From assembly GCA_035457485.1 (NCBI GenBank), contig DATIBO010000006.1, positions 626,659 through 690,658 on the forward strand: DNA of 64,000 bases, read 5' to 3'. Positions 35,922 to 44,693 of this stretch are shown here, piece by piece. Position 1 is the first letter of the stretch. Every line of letters starts with the position of its first letter. The position numbers and the translations under genes are program-made. The notes beneath the pieces were generated by a model, which had not been told where the DNA came from, did not search any database, and saw only the letters and a program-made list of their open reading frames with translations. Source of the DNA: Candidatus Saccharimonadales bacterium (GTDB taxonomy: Bacteria; Patescibacteriota; Saccharimonadia; Saccharimonadales; EFPC-124).

Positions 35922-36941
35922 CTATTTTTCGTCAGATTCTGGCTCTAAAATCTTTTTACTTTTAATCTCGTAACGCCTACCCGTCATACTAGACTCAACG
36001 TAGTCATCGTTTAATAGATTCACAAATTTATTAAGGTCTTTAACATCCATGATGATAATGGCGCCCGAATCATCAGTCATAAGCTCAACACCGAGTTCTT
36101 CGGCGTGATTCAAGAGATCTTCTTGCTTCACAGACTGCGGATCAATTTTTTGCAATTTGTTGATCAGCGTTTTACTAGCTTTAACCATGGTCTGAAGATC
36201 AAGCTCGTCTGCAAAGCTTAAAGTGAAGTTGGCGTTAATTTCATCGACTTTCTTTTCGGCAATCGCATTCTTTTTAGCATTATAATTAAATAAACGCTCA
36301 AGCTTGCTTTGATTAAAAACATAGACGTCCTGCTCGAGTAATAGAATCTGGTTATCAGCCGGAATCCGCAACGCGGCGCCCGGATCAAGTGCTTCAAAAG
36401 TTTGTGCACCGATAGTCCAACCGCCAATGCCTTTAACAACATTAGCCGCGGAGAGCGACTTAATTACGTAAAAAGATTTCTCCATTTCGGGATGACTGCA
36501 ACGTGCGATCAAGCCGCGCATACGACGCAAGTCGTGATCGTCTTCGTTGAACATTTCCATTTCATGTTCTTGGCCACCAAGCCAGCGCATCGCCTCAACC
36601 ATCTTTTCGATATTATCGAGCTGAGTTCTTTGTAAAACGTTATCTTCCTCTTCTGCCTCTTCGAAACCGCGCACGACTAAGCCTTCGCCTGCGCCAGTCA
36701 TAACAAACTCTAAAATATTGTCTAAGAGTAGGGGAATCAACTGTTTGCCTACCTCAGGTTTATGCTGAGTCCGATACAAAACATTGTTTTTACTAAGCAA
36801 GAACAACTCAATTTTTAGGTTGTCTTTGTACATAAAAAGGTTGTTAGCCCAGTTAAATATATCTGTCTGCTCACGCTCCACGGGTGCAGCATTTTCAGTA
36901 GTTTCGGTTGTCGCGCTCGGCGTGATAGATGTTTGTTCCAT
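35922..36941 (-). CDS. Hypothetical cytoplasmic protein (339 aa); possible DUF4868/KwaB-like, unverified
   Basis: Clean ORF with GAAGGG SD. The family suggestion rests only on length and overall pattern recalled from memory. No KwaA-like membrane partner is adjacent. Confidence 0.55.
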   Translation of the reverse strand: MEQTSITPSATTETTENAAPVEREQTDIFNWANNLFMYKDNLKIELFLLSKNNVLYRTQHKPEVGKQLIPLLLDNILEFVMTGAGEGLVVRGFEEAEEEDNVLQRTQLDNIEKMVEAMRWLGGQEHEMEMFNEDDHDLRRMRGLIARCSHPEMEKSFYVIKSLSAANVVKGIGGWTIGAQTFEALDPGAALRIPADNQILLLEQDVYVFNQSKLERLFNYNAKKNAIAEKKVDEINANFTLSFADELDLQTMVKASKTLINKLQKIDPQSVKQEDLLNHAEELGVELMTDDSGAIIIMDVKDLNKFVNLLNDDYVESSMTGRRYEIKSKKILEPESDEK

Positions 36942-37092
36942 TTATACCCTTCAAGTTAAAGCCGCCCGGATTCTGGCGGCGATTTGCATAAAACCATTTT
37001 ACATAAAATTTATGGTTATGCGACAGGTTTTGTAAAAATCGAACGAAAAATAGTATATAGTTAAGATATCAAAATAACTCTCAGGAGGGGCA

Positions 37093-38913
37093 ATGATTGT
37101 AAGGAACCTGCTAAAAAGAGTGGGCGTTATTGTGGTTGCAGTAACTATAGTGGCAAGCAATTTTGCCTTCGAGACTCCAGTCAGGGCGCTTGCAACTACT
37201 GATAGCGTAGACGAAATCCACTTTTCTTATGGCGAAAATGCAGGCGAAGTGATTTTTAACTGGCGCGGATCTGAAACCGCCTTTTTTTATGGTCTAGACT
37301 CCAACTACGGTCAACAAGCCACAGCCTATCAATCGGCAATTAGCCCATGGGACACAACCGGTCCATTCTACGAAGTTAAAATTAGCGGCCTAAATGACAA
37401 CACCGAGTATCATTATAAAATCGGCGAAAGCGGCCTAGACCACGCCTTTAAAACACGGTCAACTGGTGATTTTAGCTGGGTGGATGTGGGCGACACAGTG
37501 AGCTCTCACTGCTTTAGCTATATGCCAGCCATGCACCAACTAATTACTAATCAGCAACCAAATGTCGTTACGCATGGTGGTGATATATCGGTTCTGGATG
37601 GTTGTGGCGTAGAAGCAGTTAACTCATACTACACCGATCAAGAAGTTTGGTCGCATTTTGCGGCTTTTCAACCCGCTTGGGGTAACCATGAGTACGCCGA
37701 GGCCAAGCCCGAGGCACCTGCAGGAACTCCACGCGATAGCCTCGCAAACTACAAAGGCCGAAGTTACATAACAAACGCACAAACAGTACCTAACGACACC
37801 GAAACAAAGACTAGCAACCCGGGTTGTGGTGGCGATCAAGGTAGTGTCGTGAACACCTGTCTAGGCGAAGACTGGGGCTGGTTTGACAGTGGCAAGGTAA
37901 GATTTATTTCGTACCCCGAGCCGTGGCCGGGCGCGATCGAAGATTGGAAAGTCAAAGCCGATATACTAATGCAGCAAGCTCAAAGCGATGCAAACGTCGA
38001 CTTCATAATCACTTACGGGCACCGCCCTCCTTACACAAACTCAACCGAGGGCCCAAACCTAACAGTTTGTGCAGCCATTGATTACTTGGCCCAAAAATAC
38101 AGTCCGCGCGCCGACAATCAAGGCGGGAAATATATCTTAAATGTTGGGCACCATGCGCACGGCTTAGAAGCTTACGGCAAAGTTAACGGCCTAATGCACG
38201 TGTTGAGTGCAGCTGGCGGTCAAGGCTTTACACCAACCGCTAACACAACGCCTCCATCCGAATTCCGTGTGCGCAGGTTAGGAATTTTAGCCGGCAATTA
38301 TAACGCCCAAAATGGAACATTAGGAATTAGGTTTGTGTGCGGACCAGATTTTCTATGGATCAAGGATGTGTGCGAGTATGGCAGTACAATTTGGAGCATG
38401 CAATTCACGAAATCCACAGCCCCAGTACCAACCCCCACAGAATGGGTTAGCAATGTTGGCGTAGAAACCAACCTAACAGGCTGGACGGGTAAATACGGCA
38501 GTAGCAACTACGTAAATATTGACCGTTCCACTGAGCAAGCTCACAGCGGCAGCGCGTCCGTAAAAGTTTCGGCCAGCACTGGCGCAAACAATTTATCCAG
38601 TGGCTTTAACGACAGCCCTAAAATAATTGCCAGCACTACCGCAAACATCGGATACACTCAAAGCGTATGGATAAAACCCGGGTACGTTGGCCAAAAAATC
38701 ACATTACGTCTACGTGAGTGGCGACCAAACTGGGCCATGGCAGGTGAGGTGAGCCAAACTATTACTGCAAGTAGTACTGATTGGCAGCGGGTTAGCCAGA
38801 CATATACCACAAAAGAGTCCGGCAATAGCTTAGCTTACATTGTTTACGCCAACGCAATCTCTGCAGGGCAATACTTTTACGTCGACGATCTTTCCTTAAC
38901 TTCGCCAAATTAA
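37093..38913 (+). CDS. Secreted purple-acid-phosphatase-like metallophosphoesterase with C-terminal carbohydrate-binding (CBM4/9-like) module
   Basis: Signal/TM. ..GDTVSSH.., ..GGDIS.., ..GNHEY.., ..GHRPPY.., ..GHHAHG... C-terminal ..AHSGSASVKV.. ..YFYVDDLSL... Confidence 0.7.
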   Translation: MIVRNLLKRVGVIVVAVTIVASNFAFETPVRALATTDSVDEIHFSYGENAGEVIFNWRGSETAFFYGLDSNYGQQATAYQSAISPWDTTGPFYEVKISGLNDNTEYHYKIGESGLDHAFKTRSTGDFSWVDVGDTVSSHCFSYMPAMHQLITNQQPNVVTHGGDISVLDGCGVEAVNSYYTDQEVWSHFAAFQPAWGNHEYAEAKPEAPAGTPRDSLANYKGRSYITNAQTVPNDTETKTSNPGCGGDQGSVVNTCLGEDWGWFDSGKVRFISYPEPWPGAIEDWKVKADILMQQAQSDANVDFIITYGHRPPYTNSTEGPNLTVCAAIDYLAQKYSPRADNQGGKYILNVGHHAHGLEAYGKVNGLMHVLSAAGGQGFTPTANTTPPSEFRVRRLGILAGNYNAQNGTLGIRFVCGPDFLWIKDVCEYGSTIWSMQFTKSTAPVPTPTEWVSNVGVETNLTGWTGKYGSSNYVNIDRSTEQAHSGSASVKVSASTGANNLSSGFNDSPKIIASTTANIGYTQSVWIKPGYVGQKITLRLREWRPNWAMAGEVSQTITASSTDWQRVSQTYTTKESGNSLAYIVYANAISAGQYFYVDDLSLTSPN

Positions 38914-38944
38914 CAAGTTACGAACGGTGGGTTATAATTAGCTT

Positions 38945-40045
38945 ATGCTTATTGCTCAAGCTCAAGATTTGCGACTTTACTTGTTTGCAGCCATATTTGG
39001 TTCTATGGCGGTCGGCTCTGCTGCCGGTTTCTTGTTGGCGGATTACCGACCCGGATTTAGGTTTACAGTGAGTCTGGCTTTAGTAACCTCATTGCTAAGT
39101 GTGTTCGCAATCCCGTTTTTCGTACGCACCATAAAACTTTTTACAGATGAAGTTAAAAAAGCATACGTCATGTTGTGTGTTGGGCTCGGAATCTTTGCAG
39201 TCGCGCAAATTCAGATTCCAGTGGTTAATATTTTAAATGCAGTTTTCTGGCTAGAATCTGGTGGTGTTGCAACAATTTACGTTTTTAGCGCAGTCTTCGT
39301 GTTGCTGGCTATGCGAAAATTCGCAAAAATCCTTGGCGTAAAATCAGTTTGGTCATCTGTTACTTTAGGTGTTGCAGTGGCAATCTCAACTAGTCTTATG
39401 ATCTCATTTTTGCCACATGTAAGCACCGGCGCTAGCGAATTGGTGTTTGACGTTTTCCAGTCCGTTACTGTTTGTAACGTGGTTTTTGTATTTTTTGCTG
39501 GCATGCTGGGCTTGCAGATTCTGCCAAAAATGTCGGTTGCTTACAAAAGCGCGGTAGAGTGGCTAACAGTTGCATTTTATATTTTAGCTTTTGGCGGACT
39601 TCACTTTTTAATTGTTAGGTTGTTTTTAACCGAAGCCGATTGGTATTTAGATTTCAGTCTTACCATTATTCCGTTCACAGCTGGAGCTTTTGCGTTTTTA
39701 ATCGCCGGTTACAAAGCGAGTTTGCTAAATGTAATCAATCAGCCTCAACAAAGTAATCAAGTTTCAGAAATCGAAATGGTAACTTTTTTAGCCTCCTTCG
39801 CTTCGCAACCATCTAAGATCGAATCAGTTTTAGACGACATAAGCTCTGTGTCTGCTCAAGTCAAACCTGGAGAAAAATTGTCTGCAGCGCAGATCGCCGT
39901 GCTTAAAAATGCATACTTAAAACTGCAAAATTACTTAACCACAAGTGACCCCATACGTGTTTATTCAAAACAAGAATTGCAAGGCATAATTAAGGCTAAA
40001 TTCGGCAATAAAGCATTTGATAATTTTAATTTAGGAGCAGAGTAA
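38945..40045 (+). CDS. Polytopic membrane protein with C-terminal helical soluble domain (paralog of 44694-45770)
   Basis: About 8 TM followed by a roughly 90-aa soluble tail. See the permutation finding. Confidence 0.6.
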   Translation: MLIAQAQDLRLYLFAAIFGSMAVGSAAGFLLADYRPGFRFTVSLALVTSLLSVFAIPFFVRTIKLFTDEVKKAYVMLCVGLGIFAVAQIQIPVVNILNAVFWLESGGVATIYVFSAVFVLLAMRKFAKILGVKSVWSSVTLGVAVAISTSLMISFLPHVSTGASELVFDVFQSVTVCNVVFVFFAGMLGLQILPKMSVAYKSAVEWLTVAFYILAFGGLHFLIVRLFLTEADWYLDFSLTIIPFTAGAFAFLIAGYKASLLNVINQPQQSNQVSEIEMVTFLASFASQPSKIESVLDDISSVSAQVKPGEKLSAAQIAVLKNAYLKLQNYLTTSDPIRVYSKQELQGIIKAKFGNKAFDNFNLGAE

Positions 40046-40052
40046 CTACACA

Positions 40053-41300
40053 ATGAAAACTTTAAGTACTGCGAAACCATTCTGGAAAATTCTTATAAAA
40101 ATTGTTCTTGTAGTAATTGGCTTAGTTTTAGTTTTTGCAATCGGCGTGGCGATTTTTAAAAACGCAAAAATTGCTATTTTACAGGCTCAACTTGCACCGT
40201 TTTATAAAACCGATGGATTGCCGCTTCAAGGTGAATTAGGCGAGATCGTTAGGCAAGAACCAATGGATCTACAAATTTCGGGCGGGACGGCTACACGAGT
40301 CTTATATCGAACTCAGGATTCCAACGGCAACAATACCTTTAGCTCGGGTATGATTTTCGTTCCGAACAATCAAGGGCAGAATAGGCCGATTGTAGCCTGG
40401 GCTCACGGCACATTAGGAATGGGGGAGGCATGCGCTCCAACAAGATCGCAGGATCCGATGCAGAATATTTCCTGGGTCAACCAGATGCTTGAAAACGGCT
40501 GGATTGTAACGGCAACCGATTACGCAGGACTTGGCACAGATGGAATCGAGCAGTACCTAGTTGGCGCCGGTGAAGCTCACGATGTCTTAAATAGTGTGCG
40601 TGCAGCTCGTAATTTAAGTGGATCGAACGCGGGCAACACATTTGCCGTTTGGGGCCACTCGCAAGGTGGGCACTCGTCGTTGTTTACGGGCAGCATGGCA
40701 AAAAGTTACGCACCTGAACTTAATTTAGCGGGAACAGTTGCATCCGCACCAGCTGCCGAACTTTCGGTCATGTTAGATCAGCAAGACAATAACGTTTTAG
40801 ATTGGGTCATCGGGCCAGAAATCCTAACATCTTGGCCAACTGCCAATGATCAGCTATCGGCAGATCAGCTTACCACAAAAGTGGGCGACAAAAACTATCA
40901 AAAAATAGCCGATCAATGTATTGATGATGCAACTCTGGACGGATTAATTAGGAATAGCCTGAAGCAACAGTTCTTTGCCACAAGTCCCACAGATGTCCCA
41001 GCCTGGAGTGAAATGGCTCAAGCCCAAACTGCACCAACGCTAGAGCCAAGCCAGCCCTTAATGGTGGCTGAGAGCACGACAGATTTAGTGATCGAGCCGG
41101 GAGCCACAGCACTATACATTCAACGCGCCTGCAACGCCGGTGGAAACCTAAATTCATTATGGGTTGCAAATGTTCAACATATGCAAATTCCCGAAGTAAT
41201 TTATCCTAATGTAATCGCTTGGATCAACGACCGCTTCAACAACCGACCAAATAACAATACTTGTGATCAGCAACTACCGGTCCAACCTTTAAATAACTAG
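40053..41300 (+). CDS. Secreted lipase/esterase (LIP-family-like alpha/beta hydrolase)
   Basis: N-terminal TM/signal. ..VAWAHGTLGMGEACAPT.. and nucleophile elbow ..WGHSQGGHS... Confidence 0.6.
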   Translation: MKTLSTAKPFWKILIKIVLVVIGLVLVFAIGVAIFKNAKIAILQAQLAPFYKTDGLPLQGELGEIVRQEPMDLQISGGTATRVLYRTQDSNGNNTFSSGMIFVPNNQGQNRPIVAWAHGTLGMGEACAPTRSQDPMQNISWVNQMLENGWIVTATDYAGLGTDGIEQYLVGAGEAHDVLNSVRAARNLSGSNAGNTFAVWGHSQGGHSSLFTGSMAKSYAPELNLAGTVASAPAAELSVMLDQQDNNVLDWVIGPEILTSWPTANDQLSADQLTTKVGDKNYQKIADQCIDDATLDGLIRNSLKQQFFATSPTDVPAWSEMAQAQTAPTLEPSQPLMVAESTTDLVIEPGATALYIQRACNAGGNLNSLWVANVQHMQIPEVIYPNVIAWINDRFNNRPNNNTCDQQLPVQPLNN

Positions 41301-41406
41301 AGTTGCTTGCACAAAAATCAGCCTAAGTTCATAATAGTCAGGATGCAGTCGCAAAAAAGCTTCTATCAAGTTTTAATTAACGTAATAATCGCCAACATTC
41401 ACCAAC

Positions 41407-42669
41407 ATGACGGTTTGGTTTGCAGTGACGTTTTTTGCCTATCTAGAAACTCAGTCGGTTTTTGCAACCGCAATTGTATCAGGAATTTACCTTGTAGTTA
41501 CTGCGCTGTCAGGCTTTTGGCTTGGCAGCCTAGTTGACCACCACAAAAAGAAGCAAATTATGCTGGCATCGAGCTTGGTTTCGTTAGTTTTCTACATGAT
41601 AGCAACAGTTGTGTTCGCGCTTGCACCAGAAGGAACTTTTAAGCACATCGAAAGTTTTTGGTTGTGGGCGCTGATAATCTCACTTTTGCTTGGCGTAATG
41701 GCAGGCAACTTGCGAACAATAGCCTTGCCAACTTTGGTAACAATTTTAATTCCTGCAGATCGACGCGATAAAGCCAACGGATTAGTCGGCGCATCGACAG
41801 GCATTTCTTTTTTGGTAGTTTCGGTAATAAGCGGTTTTATGATTGGGTTTTGGGGTTTATGGTCGGTCTTGGCACTTTCGATCACCCTGACGATCGCCGC
41901 TTTTATTCATTTGCTAAGCGTTAAAATCCCCGAAAAAGGCGTTGCGCACCTAATTGGAGATGGTGAGTTGCCAAGCAAAAAGGTCGACATAAAAGGCACA
42001 TTTAGAGTAGTCGTTGCGATACCTGGCTTAATGGCACTTATCATTTTCAGCACTTTCAACAACTTTTTAGGCGGCGTATTCATGCCACTAATGGACGCTT
42101 ACGGACTTTCTATGGTTTCTGTTCAGGTTTGGGGATTATTATGGGGAGCGATTAGCGTGGCCTTTATCGCTGGCGGAATTTTAGTTGCTAAAAAGGGCCT
42201 AGGTAAAAATCCGCTGCGAACTTTACTTTTGGCAAACATAGCAATTTGGGCTATCTCGAGCGTGTTTACAATTCAGCCGTCTATTATTTTGCTTTCGGCA
42301 GGAATGTTTGTGTACTTGCTGTTAGCTCCGGTCATTGAAGCGTCGGAACAAACGCTCTTGCAACGTGTAGTTCCACTCGAACGCCAGGGTCGTGTATTTG
42401 GTTTCGCCCAAAGCATCGAACAATCGGCGTCACCATTAACCGCATTTTTAATCGGTCCGATCGCACAGTTCATTTTTATTCCGTTCATGACTGTCGGTGC
42501 CGGCGTAGAGCTCATTGGTGGATGGTTTGGATCTGGTCCAGCACGCGGAATAGCCTTAGTGTTTTGCGTAACTGGACTGATTGGTTTAGTGATTTCGCTT
42601 TTGGCGATGACGTCAAAGTACTACCGACAGTTGTCTAGTGCGTACGAAAAAGCCGGGGAAACTAAATAA
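41407..42669 (+). CDS. MFS transporter (EntS/MFS_3-like); the N-terminus appears frameshifted
   Basis: 12-TM-type profile. ..GSLVDHHKKKQIM.. matches the loop 2-3 motif. The likely true N-terminus MQSQKSFYQVLINVIIANI is encoded from ATG 41343 in another frame. Confidence 0.65.
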   Translation: MTVWFAVTFFAYLETQSVFATAIVSGIYLVVTALSGFWLGSLVDHHKKKQIMLASSLVSLVFYMIATVVFALAPEGTFKHIESFWLWALIISLLLGVMAGNLRTIALPTLVTILIPADRRDKANGLVGASTGISFLVVSVISGFMIGFWGLWSVLALSITLTIAAFIHLLSVKIPEKGVAHLIGDGELPSKKVDIKGTFRVVVAIPGLMALIIFSTFNNFLGGVFMPLMDAYGLSMVSVQVWGLLWGAISVAFIAGGILVAKKGLGKNPLRTLLLANIAIWAISSVFTIQPSIILLSAGMFVYLLLAPVIEASEQTLLQRVVPLERQGRVFGFAQSIEQSASPLTAFLIGPIAQFIFIPFMTVGAGVELIGGWFGSGPARGIALVFCVTGLIGLVISLLAMTSKYYRQLSSAYEKAGETK

Positions 42670-42670
42670 T

Positions 42671-43477
42671 TTAAGCTGGACGCAGAGCAAGCGTTGCGGT
42701 TGCCCAACGTCGAGCTTGAGTGGATGTTGCGGTAAAGGGACCTTGCGATCCAGTTCCCGGAGTTATCCTATCGTAACAAGCAATAGCCGCGTTGTTAGCA
42801 GAACCTGAAGCTGTACAAACCGTAACTTCGTCACCAAAGCCTGTGGGTTCAGTCCAGTCAGCCGCGGTTAAAGTTGTACCAGCAGTAGTTGGAAGTCCGT
42901 GCACTGTTACTAACATTGCCCCCGTTGTGGCAACAGTAATCGCGGGCGCTGTCACAGAAGTGCTCGTCGAGTCTAACTGAGAAAACACCGTGGTTGCGTC
43001 GAGTGGAGTAGTTTGGTTAACGCCACTATATGCTCTAACCTGACCCGAGTAGTTTGCAGACGAAACCGAGGTAGATGTCACATTAGTGCCAGCGTCGCCG
43101 ACCTGGGCGATACGTGTAAACACACCTATCGTAAACGCTGAAGTTCCAGCTCGCTGCTCACCAACTTTTGTCCAGCCAGTAATTGCATTAAATAAGGTTG
43201 CGGAGTTCGAGGTCTGCGAGACAACCAAAACCAAAAGATCGCCTGTTTGAACAGTTCCGGGAATCGGAACATCTAAGCTACTTACAGTGAGGGCGTTGTT
43301 ACTTCCGCTTGTTCTAAAGGCAATCACTGCTGCGCTGCCAAAAATCGTCACCCACGAGCTGCCGTTCCAATATTTAATATCACTGGGCTCTACCCAAGCA
43401 GACCCACTCCAATACGCAGTTTTGTTCTTAGTAAGCGCAACCCAACTCGTGCCGTTCCATACCTGAGGTGTTGCCAT
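42671..43477 (-). CDS. Phage minor-tail/fibre-like protein
   Basis: N-terminal ..VWNGTSWV.. ..YWSGSAWV.. ..YWNGSSWV.. repeats and a Thr/Ser/Ala-rich beta-type remainder. 3-nt gap to the upstream fibre-like gene. Confidence 0.5.
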   Translation of the reverse strand: MATPQVWNGTSWVALTKNKTAYWSGSAWVEPSDIKYWNGSSWVTIFGSAAVIAFRTSGSNNALTVSSLDVPIPGTVQTGDLLVLVVSQTSNSATLFNAITGWTKVGEQRAGTSAFTIGVFTRIAQVGDAGTNVTSTSVSSANYSGQVRAYSGVNQTTPLDATTVFSQLDSTSTSVTAPAITVATTGAMLVTVHGLPTTAGTTLTAADWTEPTGFGDEVTVCTASGSANNAAIACYDRITPGTGSQGPFTATSTQARRWATATLALRPA

Positions 43478-43480
43478 GAC

Positions 43481-44584
43481 TTAGGGTTGAATCCAGAGGT
43501 CGCCGGTAGTCGGATTTGATGGCTGAGACGCCCCATAGCTTACTTTGCGATCAACGTTTGGCGCCGAAATTACACCGCTAGCACTAACCGATGCTAAAAC
43601 CGTGTTATCAGACTGCGTCCATTCAGTAAGATTAGCGCTTTGAGTATTGGATCGTTGCTGTACTCTAAACGGAACTGAGTTATCTGCGGCTGCACGCGAC
43701 CTAAGTTCGCCCTTTTCGTTATGGTAACCCGTACGAATGCCGTTGTAATAAAAAGCCATAGAGTCAGGAGTTGAGCCCGATGCTGTGTAGTTAAGATCAA
43801 TACGCGCAAATCCATTAGTTGTAGCATTGCTTGTAACTGTTCCTGCGTTTTCGCCCGCAAGCAACATCACGCTTGAAGTATCAGCCTTTAGATTCAATGC
43901 TGTTTGGGTAGCGGTGCTAATCGGCTTATTGGCATCACTTGTGTTGTCGACATTTCCTAGTCCAACGTCGCTCTTAGTTAGAGCTAAGTCGGTCTTAAGT
44001 TGAGCAGGCGTGCGACTAGCCCAAGCGCCAGCCTTTCGCTGAATGACATCGTCGTTAGTCGGAGTAAGCGCCGCTATATCAGTAAGGTCAGAGTCGAGCG
44101 GTTGTTTTCCGGCAAGATCAGTTGTTAAGCTGGCGACCTTACTTTGAGCAATATTCGCACTACCCGAGATATTAGTATCTGTAATCGTAGAGTTGGCAAT
44201 TTTTGCGCCAGTTACAGCGCCCGCCGAGATGAGAGGAGCGGCTGCCGTCGTTCCTACTCCGCCCAAGTCGCCGGCTAGTCTAACCAGACCATTTGTACTG
44301 GTTGTGGCATCAGGAGCTCCGCTACTTGCAACGTTATCTACGTAGTCTTTGTTTGCGGCCTGAGTAGCGGTGGTTGGAGTTGGGACAATAGGGGACGAAG
44401 AAAAAGTTTTAACACCGGCGACAGTTTCGCTACCTGTATTATGAACAACTGCACTATCATCGGCCTTATTGGAGACTGCGGAAGGCCGCAAAGTTCCATC
44501 AGAATTGAGCGACACCAAAAGAAAGTCGTTTAAAACACTTCCCCACGTACCGTTATCTGAACCTGGAGTAGGTAGTCTACTCAT
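43481..44584 (-). CDS. Phage tail-fibre-like protein
   Basis: ..LPTPGSDNGTWGSVLNDFL.. and ..VAGVKTFSSSPIVPTPTTATQAANKDYVDN.. are tail-fibre-type motifs. ATG 44584 is preferred over TTG 44596. Confidence 0.6.
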   Translation of the reverse strand: MSRLPTPGSDNGTWGSVLNDFLLVSLNSDGTLRPSAVSNKADDSAVVHNTGSETVAGVKTFSSSPIVPTPTTATQAANKDYVDNVASSGAPDATTSTNGLVRLAGDLGGVGTTAAAPLISAGAVTGAKIANSTITDTNISGSANIAQSKVASLTTDLAGKQPLDSDLTDIAALTPTNDDVIQRKAGAWASRTPAQLKTDLALTKSDVGLGNVDNTSDANKPISTATQTALNLKADTSSVMLLAGENAGTVTSNATTNGFARIDLNYTASGSTPDSMAFYYNGIRTGYHNEKGELRSRAAADNSVPFRVQQRSNTQSANLTEWTQSDNTVLASVSASGVISAPNVDRKVSYGASQPSNPTTGDLWIQP

Positions 44585-44693
44585 TATTGAAACCAACTAA
44601 GCACATACCCCTATTCTACAGTACTAATGCTTATAAGTTAAAGCTTTTTTCAACTTTGGCGCATACAAAGTAATGCGTTAAACTAAACTTAGT

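Noticed and set aside
42671-44596. A prophage at the fibre-like gene pair.
   Set aside because: Only two tail-type genes are present. No capsid, portal, terminase, tape-measure, lysis or integrase genes, and no att-like repeats, occur in the surrounding 10 kb.
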